Positions 53,713 to 64,000 of a DNA stretch of 64,000 nucleotides are shown in pieces. The DNA is from an uncultured cyanobacterium (GTDB taxonomy: Bacteria; Cyanobacteriota; Cyanobacteriia; Cyanobacteriales; CAWCAG01). A program made the translations under genes and the position numbers. How positions within the stretch are numbered: position 1 is the first letter of the stretch; each line of letters opens with the position of its first letter. The stretch spans positions 512,001 to 576,000 of the forward strand of contig CAWCAG010000007.1 in assembly GCA_963793425.1 (NCBI GenBank), given 5' to 3'. The notes beneath the pieces are model-generated. The model was given only the letters and a program-made list of their open reading frames with translations. It ran no database searches and had not been told where the DNA came from.

Positions 53713-53770
53713 ACCTTACAAAGGTCTATAAGGCTTAGCAATTCACCATCTTAATAGAAATGGGAAGCGC

Positions 53771-53866
53771 TTATTTCTCAATTCGGGGAGGTTCCCGAAA
53801 GGCGATCGCGAAGAAAAGTACCCCTAGCGCCAGGGTTAAAACTAGAATGTAAGCAACGCTTTCCAT
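53771..53866 (-). CDS. psbT: Photosystem II protein T (not in the ORF track)
   Basis: Translated by hand: [31 protein letters not shown]; directly after psbB. Confidence 0.97.
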   Translation of the reverse strand: MESVAYILVLTLALGVLFFAIAFREPPRIEK

Positions 53867-53980
53867 GATATATTTTCCTGATTGCTTTAATAAGATTCTA
53901 TCAAGAAAAGGGATTGGTGGCACTAAAGAAGTTTTAAATACTTGCTCTAGCTAAACCAAACCCTTGTCATTGAAACCTTT

Positions 53981-55510
53981 TTAGGCGGTTTCTTTTACCC
54001 TAGTAGTTTTGTCACCAAGTTTTTGGAACAAACCCCATTCGACTTGTTCTTCGAGGTCTGCTTCAACACCAGCAAATACGTCGCGGAATAAAGTCCGAGA
54101 ACCGTGCCAAAGGTGACCGAAGAAGAATAACAAGGCGAAGACGGCGTGGCCATAGGTGAACCACCCTCTTGGACTAGTACGGAATACACCGTCAGAGTTT
54201 AGGGTTTCCGTATCAAACTCGAATATTTCTCCTAATTGAGATTTACGAGCGAACTGTTTAACCACTTTGGGGTCTTTAAAAGTTTGACCGGATAAAGAGC
54301 CACCAGCCAAAGACACTGTTACACCAGTCTGTTCAATACTGTATTTAGATTCTGCACGACGGAAAGGAATATCGGCGCGAACTATACCCTCTGAGTCAGT
54401 TAAGACTACCGGGAAGGTTTCAAAGAAGTTAGGCATACGACGAACAGTTAGTTCCCGTCCCTCGCCATCCTTAAAAATAGGATGTCCTGCCCAATCTTGA
54501 GCAATACCGCTTCCTTTATTCATCGCGCCAGTACGGAATAAGCCGCCTTTAGCAGGAGAGTTACCGATGTAATCGTAGAAAGCTAATTTGTCAGGAATAG
54601 AAGCCCAAGCTTCTTGTGCTGTTGCACCATCGGCTAATTCTCCTTGAACTCGCCTTTGAATTTCTTGCTGGAAGTAGCCTTGATCCCATTGATAACGGGT
54701 TGGACCAAATAGTTCCATTGGTGTGGTAGCGTTGCCATACCACATTGTTCCTGCTACGACAAAAGCAGCAAAGAAGACAGCAGCTATACTACTAGATAGT
54801 ACTGTTTCAATGTTACCCATGCGCAGAGCGCGATACAACCTTTCAGGAGGTCGGACGCTGAGGTGGAATAAACCAGCAATAATGCCGACAATTCCTGCGG
54901 CAATATGGTGAGCAACTACACCTCCTGGGTTAAAGGGGTTAAAACCTGCCGGCCCCCATTCTGGTGCTACCGGCTGTACGTGACCTGTCAAACCATAGGG
55001 GTCTGAGATCCACATACCAGGACCAAATAGACCGGTGAGATGAAAGGCTCCAAAACCAAAGCAAAGCAGACCAGACAAAAATAGGTGAATACCAAACATT
55101 TTTGGCAAATCTAAAGCTGGTTCTCCGGTACGAGAATCTCTAAATAATTCTAGATCCCAATATACCCAGTGCCAGCAAGCAGCTAAGAATAAAAGACCAG
55201 AAAGAACAATATGGGCCAGGGCTACGCCTTCAAATGACCAGAAGCCAGGGTCTGTACCGATATCTCCGGTGATATTCCAACCACCCCAAGAGCCGGTTAC
55301 GCCTAAGCGTGCCATGAAGGGCAAAACAAACATACCTTGCCGCCACATGGGATTTAAAACGGGATCACTAGGATCAAAAATTGCTAGCTCATAAAGAGCC
55401 ATAGAACCTGCCCATCCTGCTACTAAAGCAGTGTGCATCAGGTGTACAGCAATGAGCCGTCCTGGGTCGTTCAGGACGACTGTATGCACTCTATACCAAG
55501 GTAGTCCCAT
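53981..55510 (-). CDS. psbB: Photosystem II CP47 chlorophyll-binding protein
   Basis: [33 protein letters not shown] upstream. Confidence 0.99.
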   Translation of the reverse strand: MGLPWYRVHTVVLNDPGRLIAVHLMHTALVAGWAGSMALYELAIFDPSDPVLNPMWRQGMFVLPFMARLGVTGSWGGWNITGDIGTDPGFWSFEGVALAHIVLSGLLFLAACWHWVYWDLELFRDSRTGEPALDLPKMFGIHLFLSGLLCFGFGAFHLTGLFGPGMWISDPYGLTGHVQPVAPEWGPAGFNPFNPGGVVAHHIAAGIVGIIAGLFHLSVRPPERLYRALRMGNIETVLSSSIAAVFFAAFVVAGTMWYGNATTPMELFGPTRYQWDQGYFQQEIQRRVQGELADGATAQEAWASIPDKLAFYDYIGNSPAKGGLFRTGAMNKGSGIAQDWAGHPIFKDGEGRELTVRRMPNFFETFPVVLTDSEGIVRADIPFRRAESKYSIEQTGVTVSLAGGSLSGQTFKDPKVVKQFARKSQLGEIFEFDTETLNSDGVFRTSPRGWFTYGHAVFALLFFFGHLWHGSRTLFRDVFAGVEADLEEQVEWGLFQKLGDKTTRVKETA

Positions 55511-55813
55511 AGACTACGCTCCTCCTCTTGAGAATAAATGTCTACTTCTACTCTTCTTTTCTTAATTCGGTATTAGATTTTGTCATAATTACAGCCTTTG
55601 CAGAACCGCAATATTAAGGGTTCTTTAACGGCTAAATCAATCTAGACAAAAGTTTCTCTCGAAACTGAAGATTATTTAAAGAAGTGTAACTATTGTTAGA
55701 GTCGATTGCAAGACTAAAACAGTTTACTAGGGGGAATTGGTGGCTGAAGACAAGGCAAATTATGAAAGTACAGATAAATTAAGTACTTAAATCTTTACTA
55801 ATCTTTACTGTTC

Positions 55814-56140
55814 TCAATCAATTGCTAGTTGTTGAGAGTTAAGTATCGTATTTGCTTTGCTTAAGCGTTCGATGGCTATATCCGCAGTGATTAAACGCCT
55901 TAATACCACCTGACCAATAGTTTGAGTCAGAGTAGCAGCCGTAGTAACACTAGGTTTGATTTCTACCATCAAAACAGCTTCTTCTACTTGATAAAGCCAC
56001 AACTTTTCTCCCTGCTCTAAAATACAGAGATTTAAACAGTTTATTTGCGGTTGGCGCTGCCAGGAATTAGCGTTCCAAAGTCCCCCAAATTCCCAAACTC
56101 TACCAACTATCCAACCATCAGCTAAAAAAAAGTATTTCAC
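55814..56140 (-). CDS. Conserved cyanobacterial hypothetical protein
   Basis: MKYFFLADGW.VGRVWEFGGLW...LWLYQVEEAVLMVE...IGQVVLRRL. Confidence 0.75.
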   Translation of the reverse strand: MKYFFLADGWIVGRVWEFGGLWNANSWQRQPQINCLNLCILEQGEKLWLYQVEEAVLMVEIKPSVTTAATLTQTIGQVVLRRLITADIAIERLSKANTILNSQQLAID

Positions 56141-56244
56141 TCTTGATTTGCGACAAGATTATTTTGGCGGCAAATTTCCTTGTTTAGTATAGTCGGGGAT
56201 TTCCCATAAACGCTAGTTTTATTTAAGGCTAATGCTGTGTCAAA

Positions 56245-57141
56245 TTATTTAAGAAGAGGCAACAAGACTGTTACAAAGTAATAAACTAGGGGTGCTGTAA
56301 AAACATAGCTGTCAGTACGGTCGAGAATGCCTCCGTGACCAGGAATTATTTGACCAGAATCTTTTACTCCCGCATCTCTTTTCATCATGGACTCAGTTAA
56401 GTCTCCGAGCAAACTAGCTACTCCAATCAAAAGCCCGAACACAAGCCCTGTTAATTGCCACCAAGGCCAGTTTAAATACCAAGCCCCCACTTCTGCTAAA
56501 ATAACGCTGCCAGTAAACCCGAATAAAGCACCTTCTACGGTTTTTTTGGGGCTAATATGAGAAAGTTTAGTGCGTCCTAGAAATTTGCCCATAGTATAAG
56601 CACCAATGTCAGCGGCCCAAATACAACCGAAGGCAAGTAGGGTAATGGTTAAAGCTTTGGGGAAAGTATTGAAGTCTGTCCAAGATTCAGGCCAATAAGC
56701 ATTTAAAGATAAGTTGGTTATTTTTGGGCTGCTTTGAGCATAAGCAGAGGAAGATACCTCAGCCAAATTAACCCTTAATCTAATCCAGTAGCTAGGCAAA
56801 AAGCCGCCATAAAACAGCCCTAATATGGAAGTTGAAATGTCAGCGATGCTGGCCATTTTAGGCTGGAATAGTAGGTAAAAGCAGATGAAGGTTCCAGCAA
56901 TAGGGAACATGGCATCAGTTAAAGAAGGGGTAACTATAGCCGTAATTAACAATAATTGCGAAACCACTAAAGTCGTTTTCCCTGCTGGAGCAATTCCTTT
57001 GGCTCTTACTAGTCGGAAATACTCTAGTTGCCCCAAAAGAACAATGACACCCAAACCGACAGTAAAGTACCATCCTCCAAAAACTATCATCCCTACAGCC
57101 AGAGCGATGGCAACAATTCCACTGAAGATTCTAGACCACAT
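56245..57141 (-). CDS. cdsA: Phosphatidate cytidylyltransferase
   Basis: ISPKKTVEG, GDLTESMMKRDAGVKDSG..IPGHGGILDRTDS. Confidence 0.96.
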   Translation of the reverse strand: MWSRIFSGIVAIALAVGMIVFGGWYFTVGLGVIVLLGQLEYFRLVRAKGIAPAGKTTLVVSQLLLITAIVTPSLTDAMFPIAGTFICFYLLFQPKMASIADISTSILGLFYGGFLPSYWIRLRVNLAEVSSSAYAQSSPKITNLSLNAYWPESWTDFNTFPKALTITLLAFGCIWAADIGAYTMGKFLGRTKLSHISPKKTVEGALFGFTGSVILAEVGAWYLNWPWWQLTGLVFGLLIGVASLLGDLTESMMKRDAGVKDSGQIIPGHGGILDRTDSYVFTAPLVYYFVTVLLPLLK

Positions 57142-57346
57142 AAGACAGACCCGCTTTTTGATAGATAGCGAAGGATAGCAGTAAGCAACTAGGTTAACAA
57201 AACCTTATGAAAGGTTAACAAAATACTCACTACACAGTTTATATCTTGGCTACCAAGAAAAAGCTAGGAGGCATCAACCCAACTGCTTAGCTTACCATGT
57301 AAACTTTTTATTCAATTGGCGCTCCCGCTCCTACACTTGTAAGAAT

Positions 57347-57937
57347 CTACAATTTCTCTCCACTCAAAATAAATATTGGACTTACAGCAGCAAAGACTTG
57401 CTGTATTCCCCGTGTTTCTAAACGGTTAACGGCTGATTGAACTACTTCTACATTACGAGCTTGTAATTCAGCTAAGCCTTCGGAAATTGTGTAGAGATTT
57501 TCTAGGTTACTGGCTATAGCAACCACTCGCCCTTGGGAAGGTAAATATTCCCACACAGACTTAAGAAGTTCTTTGACAGGTCTTCCTCCCTCAATACAGA
57601 TGCGCTGGGGAGGAAGACTCAGATGTTCTAAACATTCTGGAGCGCTGCCTTCAATTACTTCTACATTTTTGACCCCAAAGTGCGTACAGTTACGGCGAAT
57701 CAGTTTGGCAACATCTTCGTCTCTTTCTACAGCAATGATTTTGCTACTGGGGCAGAGTAAACCCATTTCTATGGGAATTGTACCTGTACCTGCGCCAATA
57801 TCCCACAGCACTGAGTTAGATTCCATCCGTAGGTAGGAGATAATTAATAATCTAACTTCGCGCTTACTGAGGGGAATACCAGGCAAGCGCTCGAATAGAT
57901 GATCGGGGATACCAGGGGTTGCGTAGGGCCAAATCAT
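57347..57937 (-). CDS. cbiT: Precorrin-6B C15-methyltransferase (decarboxylating) CbiT
   Basis: PGIPD..F, SKREVR, LWDIGAGTGT, EGSAP. Confidence 0.93.
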   Translation of the reverse strand: MIWPYATPGIPDHLFERLPGIPLSKREVRLLIISYLRMESNSVLWDIGAGTGTIPIEMGLLCPSSKIIAVERDEDVAKLIRRNCTHFGVKNVEVIEGSAPECLEHLSLPPQRICIEGGRPVKELLKSVWEYLPSQGRVVAIASNLENLYTISEGLAELQARNVEVVQSAVNRLETRGIQQVFAAVSPIFILSGEKL

Positions 57938-57968
57938 AAAGTTTTAAGGTCACAATACTAAAATCACT

Positions 57969-59435
57969 TTAATGGACAACCCTGATAGTTTTCAGACTAG
58001 TATCGCTACAACCTGTAATACTTCCTCCTGCTGCTAGGATTTTTTGCAGGAAATTGAGGGCAGAAGCAGAAATTTTTTCTCCAGGCATTAAAATAGGAAT
58101 TCCCGGAGGGTAAGGACAAATAATTTCTGCACTGATGCGGTCAACGGTTTGCTCTATAGGAAGGGTTGCGCTTGGGGCAAAGAAGGCTTCACGAGGGGAA
58201 ATTTGATTATTGCTAATAAACAGGGGCTGAGGGAGAGTGGGTAAAGGAATGTTTGGAGCGCGATCGCCGTATTTTGCAGTTAGAGTAGCAAAGCCTTGAA
58301 CTAATTTTTCAATATCTGCTTTGGTGTTACCCAGAGAAATAATAAAGGTTAGATTCTGTAACATGGGTAACTCGGCTGTTACCCCTAATTGTTGGTGGAG
58401 AATTTCGTCAGCGGCGAAGCCGTTAAGTCCTAATTGAGAGATCCCTACTGTTAGCCGGGTTAAATCTAAGTCAAGGAAGCCTGGTATTGGTTTAGTCGGT
58501 TTTTTGAGTATTGTTAATTTCCCTAGTTGGCTGAGGCTATTTATGGCTCTAGAAGACAGCTTGAGGGTTTGTTCCAGTAATTCTTTTCCTTGGGTCGCAA
58601 TTTGCCCTCTAGCGGCATCAAGAGAAGCTAAAAGTAAATAACTGGGGCTTGTGGATTGTAGTAGTTGAAGACTTTTAGTCAGCTTTTGTCGATCTATCCT
58701 CGAACCTTGGACGTGTAACATAGAAGCTTGGGTCATTGCCCCAATAACTTTGTGACTAGACTGTACGGTTAAATCTGCACCAGCAGCGAGGGCGGAGGTT
58801 GGTAAGTCTGGGTGGAAAGAAAAGTGGGGTCCGTGGGCTTCGTCTACAAGGAGGGGGATGCTATGTTGATGAGCAATGGCAGCAATAGCAGCTATATCGC
58901 CGCAGATGCCTTGATAAGTTGGATAGACGAGCATTATGGCTTTAGTCTTTGGATGCTCTTTTAAAGCCTCTCTAACTGCCTCTGGAGTAATGCAGTAGGT
59001 TAGATCCTGTTGGCGGTTATAGGGGGGGTCAAGAAAAACAGGAATAGCCCCAGAAAAAACTAAACCGGCAATCGCCGATTGATGAACGTTGCGGGGCAAA
59101 ATTATTTTATCTCCCTCACCACAGGTAGCGAGAATGGCAGATTCTACACCACAAGTAGAGCCGTTAACCAAAAACCAAGTTTGTTCTGCACCGAAAGCTT
59201 GTGCTGCCAGCTCCTGAGCTGCTTTAATGGTAGTCTCAGGAGCAAAAAGATTGTCTAACTCTGGTAATTCAGGTAAATCAGCTTTGAAGACAGCATCTCC
59301 TAGCAAATTAGCTAATCTTTTCGGTATGCCTTGACCTCGCTTGTGTCCTGGGGCATAAAAAGCGGCATCAGGTTGATTGGCTAAGGTTTTGAGGGTATCC
59401 AGTAAAGGGGTTTCACCTTGAGAATGAGAAGACAT
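57969..59435 (-). CDS. Orn/Lys/Arg decarboxylase family PLP enzyme
   Basis: FYAPGHK.G, LVNGST, VDEAHG, QSSHK, TSPSYLLLASLD, PYPPGIP; start uncertain. Confidence 0.92.
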   Translation of the reverse strand: MSSHSQGETPLLDTLKTLANQPDAAFYAPGHKRGQGIPKRLANLLGDAVFKADLPELPELDNLFAPETTIKAAQELAAQAFGAEQTWFLVNGSTCGVESAILATCGEGDKIILPRNVHQSAIAGLVFSGAIPVFLDPPYNRQQDLTYCITPEAVREALKEHPKTKAIMLVYPTYQGICGDIAAIAAIAHQHSIPLLVDEAHGPHFSFHPDLPTSALAAGADLTVQSSHKVIGAMTQASMLHVQGSRIDRQKLTKSLQLLQSTSPSYLLLASLDAARGQIATQGKELLEQTLKLSSRAINSLSQLGKLTILKKPTKPIPGFLDLDLTRLTVGISQLGLNGFAADEILHQQLGVTAELPMLQNLTFIISLGNTKADIEKLVQGFATLTAKYGDRAPNIPLPTLPQPLFISNNQISPREAFFAPSATLPIEQTVDRISAEIICPYPPGIPILMPGEKISASALNFLQKILAAGGSITGCSDTSLKTIRVVH

Positions 59436-59540
59436 AGATACCAAAAAGTAAGAAGATGTTGCTAAAGTATTTGACTGGTGAGGTATTAAGTGCAAGCTTA
59501 GCGATCGCCAATTAAACCTAATTAATTATTTTAAATTACT

Positions 59541-60632
59541 ATGTTGAAAGCTGGAATTGTTGGTCTGCCTAATGTTGGCAAGTCTACTTTGTTTAATGCT
59601 TTGGTGGCTAATGCCAAAGCTGAAGCAGCTAATTTTCCTTTTTGCACCATTAAACCTAACTTTGGAATAGTATCTGTACCAGACCAAAGGTTGGAGGTTT
59701 TAGCAAAAATTTCTACTTCAAAACAAATTGTTCCTACACGGATGGAATTTGTTGATATTGCTGGTTTGGTTAAAGGTGCTAGTAAGAATGAAGGATTAGG
59801 AAATCAATTCCTTGGTAATATTCGAGAAGTTGACGCGATCGTTCATGTAGTGCGCTGTTTTGATAGCGAAGACATTATTCACGTTTCTGGTTCGGTTGAT
59901 CCTGTTCGGGATATTGAAGTGATTAATTTAGAACTTGCTTTAGCTGATTTAACTCAAGTTGAGAATCGCCTAGAAAGAATACGTAAGCAAGCTCGTGCCA
60001 ATAAAGATGCTCAAGTAGAATTAGAGTTATTACAAAAGTTGGCTACCGCTTTGGACAAGGGGCAAATAGTACGAAAGATAGATTTAACGGAAGATGAGAC
60101 AGCGATAATTAAACCTTTAGGTTTATTGACCAATAAGCCAGTTATTTACGGCGCTAATGTTTCTGAAGATGATTTAGCTACTGGTAATGATTGGGTGGAA
60201 AGAGTTAAGGAAGTTGCGGCCAAAGAAGAGGCGAAAGTTGTGATTATTTCTGCTCAAGTAGAATCAGAATTAATTGAATTACCCGAAGAAGAGAGGGGAG
60301 ACTTTTTAGAGGCCCTAGGAGTGGAAGAGGGAGGCTTAAAATCTTTGATTGCTGCTACCTACGAACTTTTGGGACTGCGTACTTATTTAACCACTGGCCC
60401 TGAAGAAACCCGTGCTTGGACTATCCAAGGAGGTATGAAAGCACCTCAAGCGGCTGGGGTAATTCATACAGATTTTGAGCGTGGTTTTATTCGGGCCGAA
60501 ACTGTTAGTTACCAAAACCTAGTGGAAGCAGGTTCACTCAACGCGGCAAAGGAAAAGGGGTTAGTTCGCAGTGAAGGAAAAGAGTATGTTGTCCAAGAAG
60601 GAGATGTGATGGAATTCCGGTTCAATGTTTAG
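59541..60632 (+). CDS. ychF: Redox-regulated ATPase YchF
   Basis: GIVGLPNVGKST, ANFPFCTI, DIAGLV, AGVIHTDF..GFI, TGS domain. Confidence 0.97.
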   Translation: MLKAGIVGLPNVGKSTLFNALVANAKAEAANFPFCTIKPNFGIVSVPDQRLEVLAKISTSKQIVPTRMEFVDIAGLVKGASKNEGLGNQFLGNIREVDAIVHVVRCFDSEDIIHVSGSVDPVRDIEVINLELALADLTQVENRLERIRKQARANKDAQVELELLQKLATALDKGQIVRKIDLTEDETAIIKPLGLLTNKPVIYGANVSEDDLATGNDWVERVKEVAAKEEAKVVIISAQVESELIELPEEERGDFLEALGVEEGGLKSLIAATYELLGLRTYLTTGPEETRAWTIQGGMKAPQAAGVIHTDFERGFIRAETVSYQNLVEAGSLNAAKEKGLVRSEGKEYVVQEGDVMEFRFNV

Positions 60633-60704
60633 TAATCAAGCAAAAAAACTGGAATATCAAAAAGTTAAGTTCTTAAATATTCCAGTTAATATGAATTGCT
60701 TCCC

Positions 60705-60989
60705 CTAAGAAATCTGACCACTGAGACTGGGGATTTGCTCAAGGTCTCTAGACTCCCCCAGTTCATCATAAATTGTTAGCTTACTAGGATTACAACGTTT
60801 GACGGAAACTACAATTCCTTGAGCATTTTCACTTTTCAAATCTTCTAGGTAGCCAGCTTGAGCATTTTGAGCTTCTTGTTTGCTGGTAAAAGGTCCGAAA
60901 TAATAAGTACATTTAGGGGTTTCGGTAGTAATTTCTATCCAAACCGCTGCACCAACTAGCTGTAACAGATTAGTTAAAAAATCTTTCAT
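60705..60989 (-). CDS. DUF1816 family protein
   Basis: WIEITTETPKCTYYFGPF...GYLEDL..E.AQGI. Confidence 0.85.
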   Translation of the reverse strand: MKDFLTNLLQLVGAAVWIEITTETPKCTYYFGPFTSKQEAQNAQAGYLEDLKSENAQGIVVSVKRCNPSKLTIYDELGESRDLEQIPSLSGQIS

Positions 60990-61041
60990 CAGTTTTTTTC
61001 GTAGTATAGCAGGACTAAAGTAAAGTTATTTTTACACTTGT

Positions 61042-62025
61042 TTATACTATGTTGTTCTGATTTGTCAAAGTTTCCTGAGAAAACATTTTCAGATCCAGTT
61101 TTTCTGATTGCCGTTGCCGATACACTTCATACAAGGCAATGGCAGTAGCAACAGAAGCATTCAAGCTTGGTGTTTTGCCACTAAGGGGGATAGAGACTAA
61201 GAAGTCGCAACAGCGCTCTGTCAAAAGATTTAGCCCATCTCCTTCCGAACCTACTACTAAACCTACAGGGCCTTTAAACTCGACGGTGTTTAGAGGCTTG
61301 TGGTTTTGAGATACAGTACCATAAATCCAGAAATTCGCTGCTTTTAATTCTTCTAAAGCTCGACGGAGATTGACAACCCTAGCTACAGGGAAATTTTCTA
61401 AAGCACCAGCAGCCACTTTCATCACCGTAGAGGTGATTCCAGCACAGCGTCTCTGGGGCATAATCAAGCCCTGAGTTCCTAATGCTTCTGCTGTACGGAT
61501 AATAGCTCCCAAATTATGGGGATCGTTGATCCCATCAGCAATCACAAGCACGGGATCTTCTTTAAGCAGCTTTGCTTGTTCAATCAATGCCCCTAAATCC
61601 CAGTAGGAATAAGGAGCAACTTGAGCAGCTACTCCTTGATGATTAGCTCCTTTGGTAATCTGGTTTAAGCGTCGGGGATCAACTTCATCAATAATAGAAC
61701 CATTAGCTTTAGCTTCAATAAGTAAGGAGTGGAAGCGGTTACTATAGCGTAGTTTGGAAGTTACCCAAATTCGATTAATTTGCCGCTTTCCTTCTAATAC
61801 AGCCAAAACAGCATGACAGCCGTAAACTAGATCGTTGTCCTCTTGTTCTAAAGGATTAGAAATAGATTCAGTAGATTGAGAGGTTTGTATTTTTAAGGGT
61901 TTGCCCTGGCTATCCCCCTCAAATTTTCTCTGAGAAACGGCTTTGATTTTAACTCTTTTTTTAGTTAAAGGGCGATTAGGATTAGGGTTTTTGCTCCCCT
62001 TGAAGTTGTGATTTTGGTTAGCCAT
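61042..62025 (-). CDS. rlmB: 23S rRNA (Gm2251) 2'-O-methyltransferase RlmB
   Basis: [32 protein letters not shown]. Confidence 0.93.
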   Translation of the reverse strand: MANQNHNFKGSKNPNPNRPLTKKRVKIKAVSQRKFEGDSQGKPLKIQTSQSTESISNPLEQEDNDLVYGCHAVLAVLEGKRQINRIWVTSKLRYSNRFHSLLIEAKANGSIIDEVDPRRLNQITKGANHQGVAAQVAPYSYWDLGALIEQAKLLKEDPVLVIADGINDPHNLGAIIRTAEALGTQGLIMPQRRCAGITSTVMKVAAGALENFPVARVVNLRRALEELKAANFWIYGTVSQNHKPLNTVEFKGPVGLVVGSEGDGLNLLTERCCDFLVSIPLSGKTPSLNASVATAIALYEVYRQRQSEKLDLKMFSQETLTNQNNIV

Positions 62026-62057
62026 ATGTCATCGATGTTTAACATTACTCTGGTCAA

Positions 62058-62519
62058 TTAGTTGATTACCAACTTTGCTAGCAACTCATTTAACCTTTGG
62101 GGATCACTGATATAGAGATAACCAATGAGAGTTTCTAAAGCCGTTGCTTGTTGATAAATATCTGGAGAAAGGCGGCGAGGACTTTTGCTACTAGCATTTC
62201 TACCTCGACGAACAATTTCTAATTCAAATTTAGTAAGATAGGGGATGAGCGATCGCAGTTGATTCGCTTGAGTTTCTGCTCTAACTTGGGTGACAACTTT
62301 TTGATGATAAGTAGAAAGACGTTTAGGAGGCAGAAGATAGTGGGTGCGTATATAAAGCTCATAAACAGCATCTCCTAGATAAGCTAAAGATGCCGGAGAA
62401 AGGCGCTCAACTGGAACAGAATCACCGATAAATCTACTCCGTAAACTGGTTTCTACTCTTGGTAAGTTTGAGCCAGTTAGGGGGAAATCAAAATTATCTG
62501 GCTCCTTGGGTGGATTCAC
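62058..62519 (-). CDS. mrnC: Mini-ribonuclease III
   Basis: LAYLGDAVYELYIR, RRGRNA, YQQATALETLIGYLY. Confidence 0.93.
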   Translation of the reverse strand: MNPPKEPDNFDFPLTGSNLPRVETSLRSRFIGDSVPVERLSPASLAYLGDAVYELYIRTHYLLPPKRLSTYHQKVVTQVRAETQANQLRSLIPYLTKFELEIVRRGRNASSKSPRRLSPDIYQQATALETLIGYLYISDPQRLNELLAKLVIN

Positions 62520-62640
62520 ACTTTAAGCTTGCAGAATTATCTGTCCTCGTTAATTGTAGATGAAAACAAATAAAAAACAAGCTACCGGGCTAGTATAACC
62601 TCATAGCTTGCAAAATAATTGAACTGTAAACTGCAACTTT

Positions 62641-63015
62641 TTAAGAACCCTTAACATTGTCTAAAGCAATTTGCACAGAAGGCTGCATAGAAAGAAACTT
62701 TTCTAAACGAACTAGTTTCACTGTTTGAGTCACCCGGGCATTAGTGACAATTTGCAGAGTTCCCCCGGCTGTTTGGGCTTTTTTCACCAGTTGTACTAAA
62801 GCACCCAACCCAGAACTATCTACGAAATCAATTTGAGCAAGGTCTAAAATGACATTACTCGGTCCTTCGTCAATACAGTTACTAAGTACTCTCCGAAATG
62901 TAGGTTCGGAAAAGGCATCTAACAGTCCAGTAAGACGAAATATTTGGCAGTTTTCTTTTTCCTTGACCTCGCGAGTGCCCCTCAAGCTGACTGTCAAGGT
63001 TAGTGGCTCAGGAAT
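62641..63015 (-). CDS. STAS-domain anti-sigma factor antagonist; probable ATT start
   Basis: GLLDAFS, LDLAQIDFVDSSGLGALV; AGGAGG lies 5 nt upstream of an in-frame ATT at 63015. Confidence 0.88.
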   Translation of the reverse strand: MPEPLTLTVSLRGTREVKEKENCQIFRLTGLLDAFSEPTFRRVLSNCIDEGPSNVILDLAQIDFVDSSGLGALVQLVKKAQTAGGTLQIVTNARVTQTVKLVRLEKFLSMQPSVQIALDNVKGS

Positions 63016-63098
63016 AACTTCCTCCTAACATTTTGTAGCGTCGTAAGATCAATGTAATAGTATATAGCTAAATCGGCATTTTTAAAACAGAGATTTTT

Positions 63099-64000
63099 TT
63101 ATTTCCCTTTTTGTCGCATCAATTTAACAAACTCCTCAAATAAATAATCGGCATCATGGGGGCCAGGACTAGCTTCAGGATGATACTGCACAGAAAAGAA
63201 AGGTAGTTTTTTGTGACGCAATCCTGCTACTGTACTGTCGTTAAGATTAAGATGAGTGATTTCTACTTCAGCATTTAAAGAATCTGCTTCAACGGCAAAA
63301 CCGTGGTTTTGGCTAGTGATTTCCACCCTTTGTTCCAAACCCGCAGGCTGATTTAAACCTCGATGCCCAAACTTAAGCTTAAAAGTATCACCCCCAAGGG
63401 AAAGGCCTAGTATTTGATGCCCCATACAAATGCCAAACAAAGGTTTATCACCTTTCAGCAAAGCTTTGGTGGTTTCAATACCTTCAGTGTTAGCAGAAGG
63501 ATCTCCTGGACCGTTAGAAAGAAAAATGCCATCGGGATTGTGTTTCAGAATTTCTTCTGGTGGAGTGTCGGCTGGTACAACCACAACTCGACAGCCATAG
63601 CTAGCTAAGCGCTTCAGAATATTTCGCTTGACCCCAAAATCCAGGGCTACCACAGTTAGGGGTTTTCCTTGCTCTGAGATGGTTTCACTACCATAGTACC
63701 AATTAGGTTCTGTAACCTCAGACCATTCGTAAACTTCTTTAGTTGTTACTTCCTTAACCAAATTCAAGCCTGCCATAGTCGGAGCAGCTTTTACTTGTCG
63801 AAGTAACTTTTCAGGATCAAGAATTTCTGTGGAGATTCCCCCATTCATGGCTCCTAGAGAGCGAATTTTCCTGGTTAAGGCACGAGTATCAAGACCGTAG
63901 ATACCAGGTATATGATTCTCTGAGAGGTAATCTGGTAAAGATTGTGTCGCTCGCCAATTACTGGGGCGACGAGAAATGTTGCGGGCGATCACTCCCTTAA
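63099..64000 (-). CDS. carA: Carbamoyl-phosphate synthase small subunit (5' end outside the window)
   Basis: [52 protein letters not shown]. Confidence 0.97.
   Translation of the reverse strand, partial: KGVIARNISRRPSNWRATQSLPDYLSENHIPGIYGLDTRALTRKIRSLGAMNGGISTEILDPEKLLRQVKAAPTMAGLNLVKEVTTKEVYEWSEVTEPNWYYGSETISEQGKPLTVVALDFGVKRNILKRLASYGCRVVVVPADTPPEEILKHNPDGIFLSNGPGDPSANTEGIETTKALLKGDKPLFGICMGHQILGLSLGGDTFKLKFGHRGLNQPAGLEQRVEITSQNHGFAVEADSLNAEVEITHLNLNDSTVAGLRHKKLPFFSVQYHPEASPGPHDADYLFEEFVKLMRQKGK

Overview
This 64 kb window is cyanobacterial chromosome: HIP1 GCGATCGC sites recur, and it carries psbB-psbT, psbK, sqdB, ftrV, glgC, thiC with a TPP riboswitch and a Cph2-type photoreceptor. Most of it is housekeeping and signalling genes. 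The most notable accessory region is about 8.1-15.2 kb, which looks like a 'satellite' cargo locus for a contractile injection system. It has two paralogous genes sharing a 331-bp leader (about 95% identical) but with unrelated toxin-like C-termini. One is DUF4157 plus a Tlde1/DUF2778-like HPGxxSxGC domain; the other has an H...GPNSNS papain-like domain. Each is followed by a candidate envelope-located immunity gene. Beside them is a divergent Afp15/Pvc15-type AAA+ ATPase that is 5'-truncated, split by a TnpB-only IS200/IS605 element with definable ends, and frameshifted. Other points of interest: a PatX-like secreted peptide with a variant RGDGR motif, a stand-alone HisKA mini-protein, an unannotated CxxC/His-rich small ORF with its own terminator, a tandem di-globin divergent from cph2, a probable ATT start codon, and a structured rpsA leader. 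All calls come from reading motifs by eye; no database searches were run.
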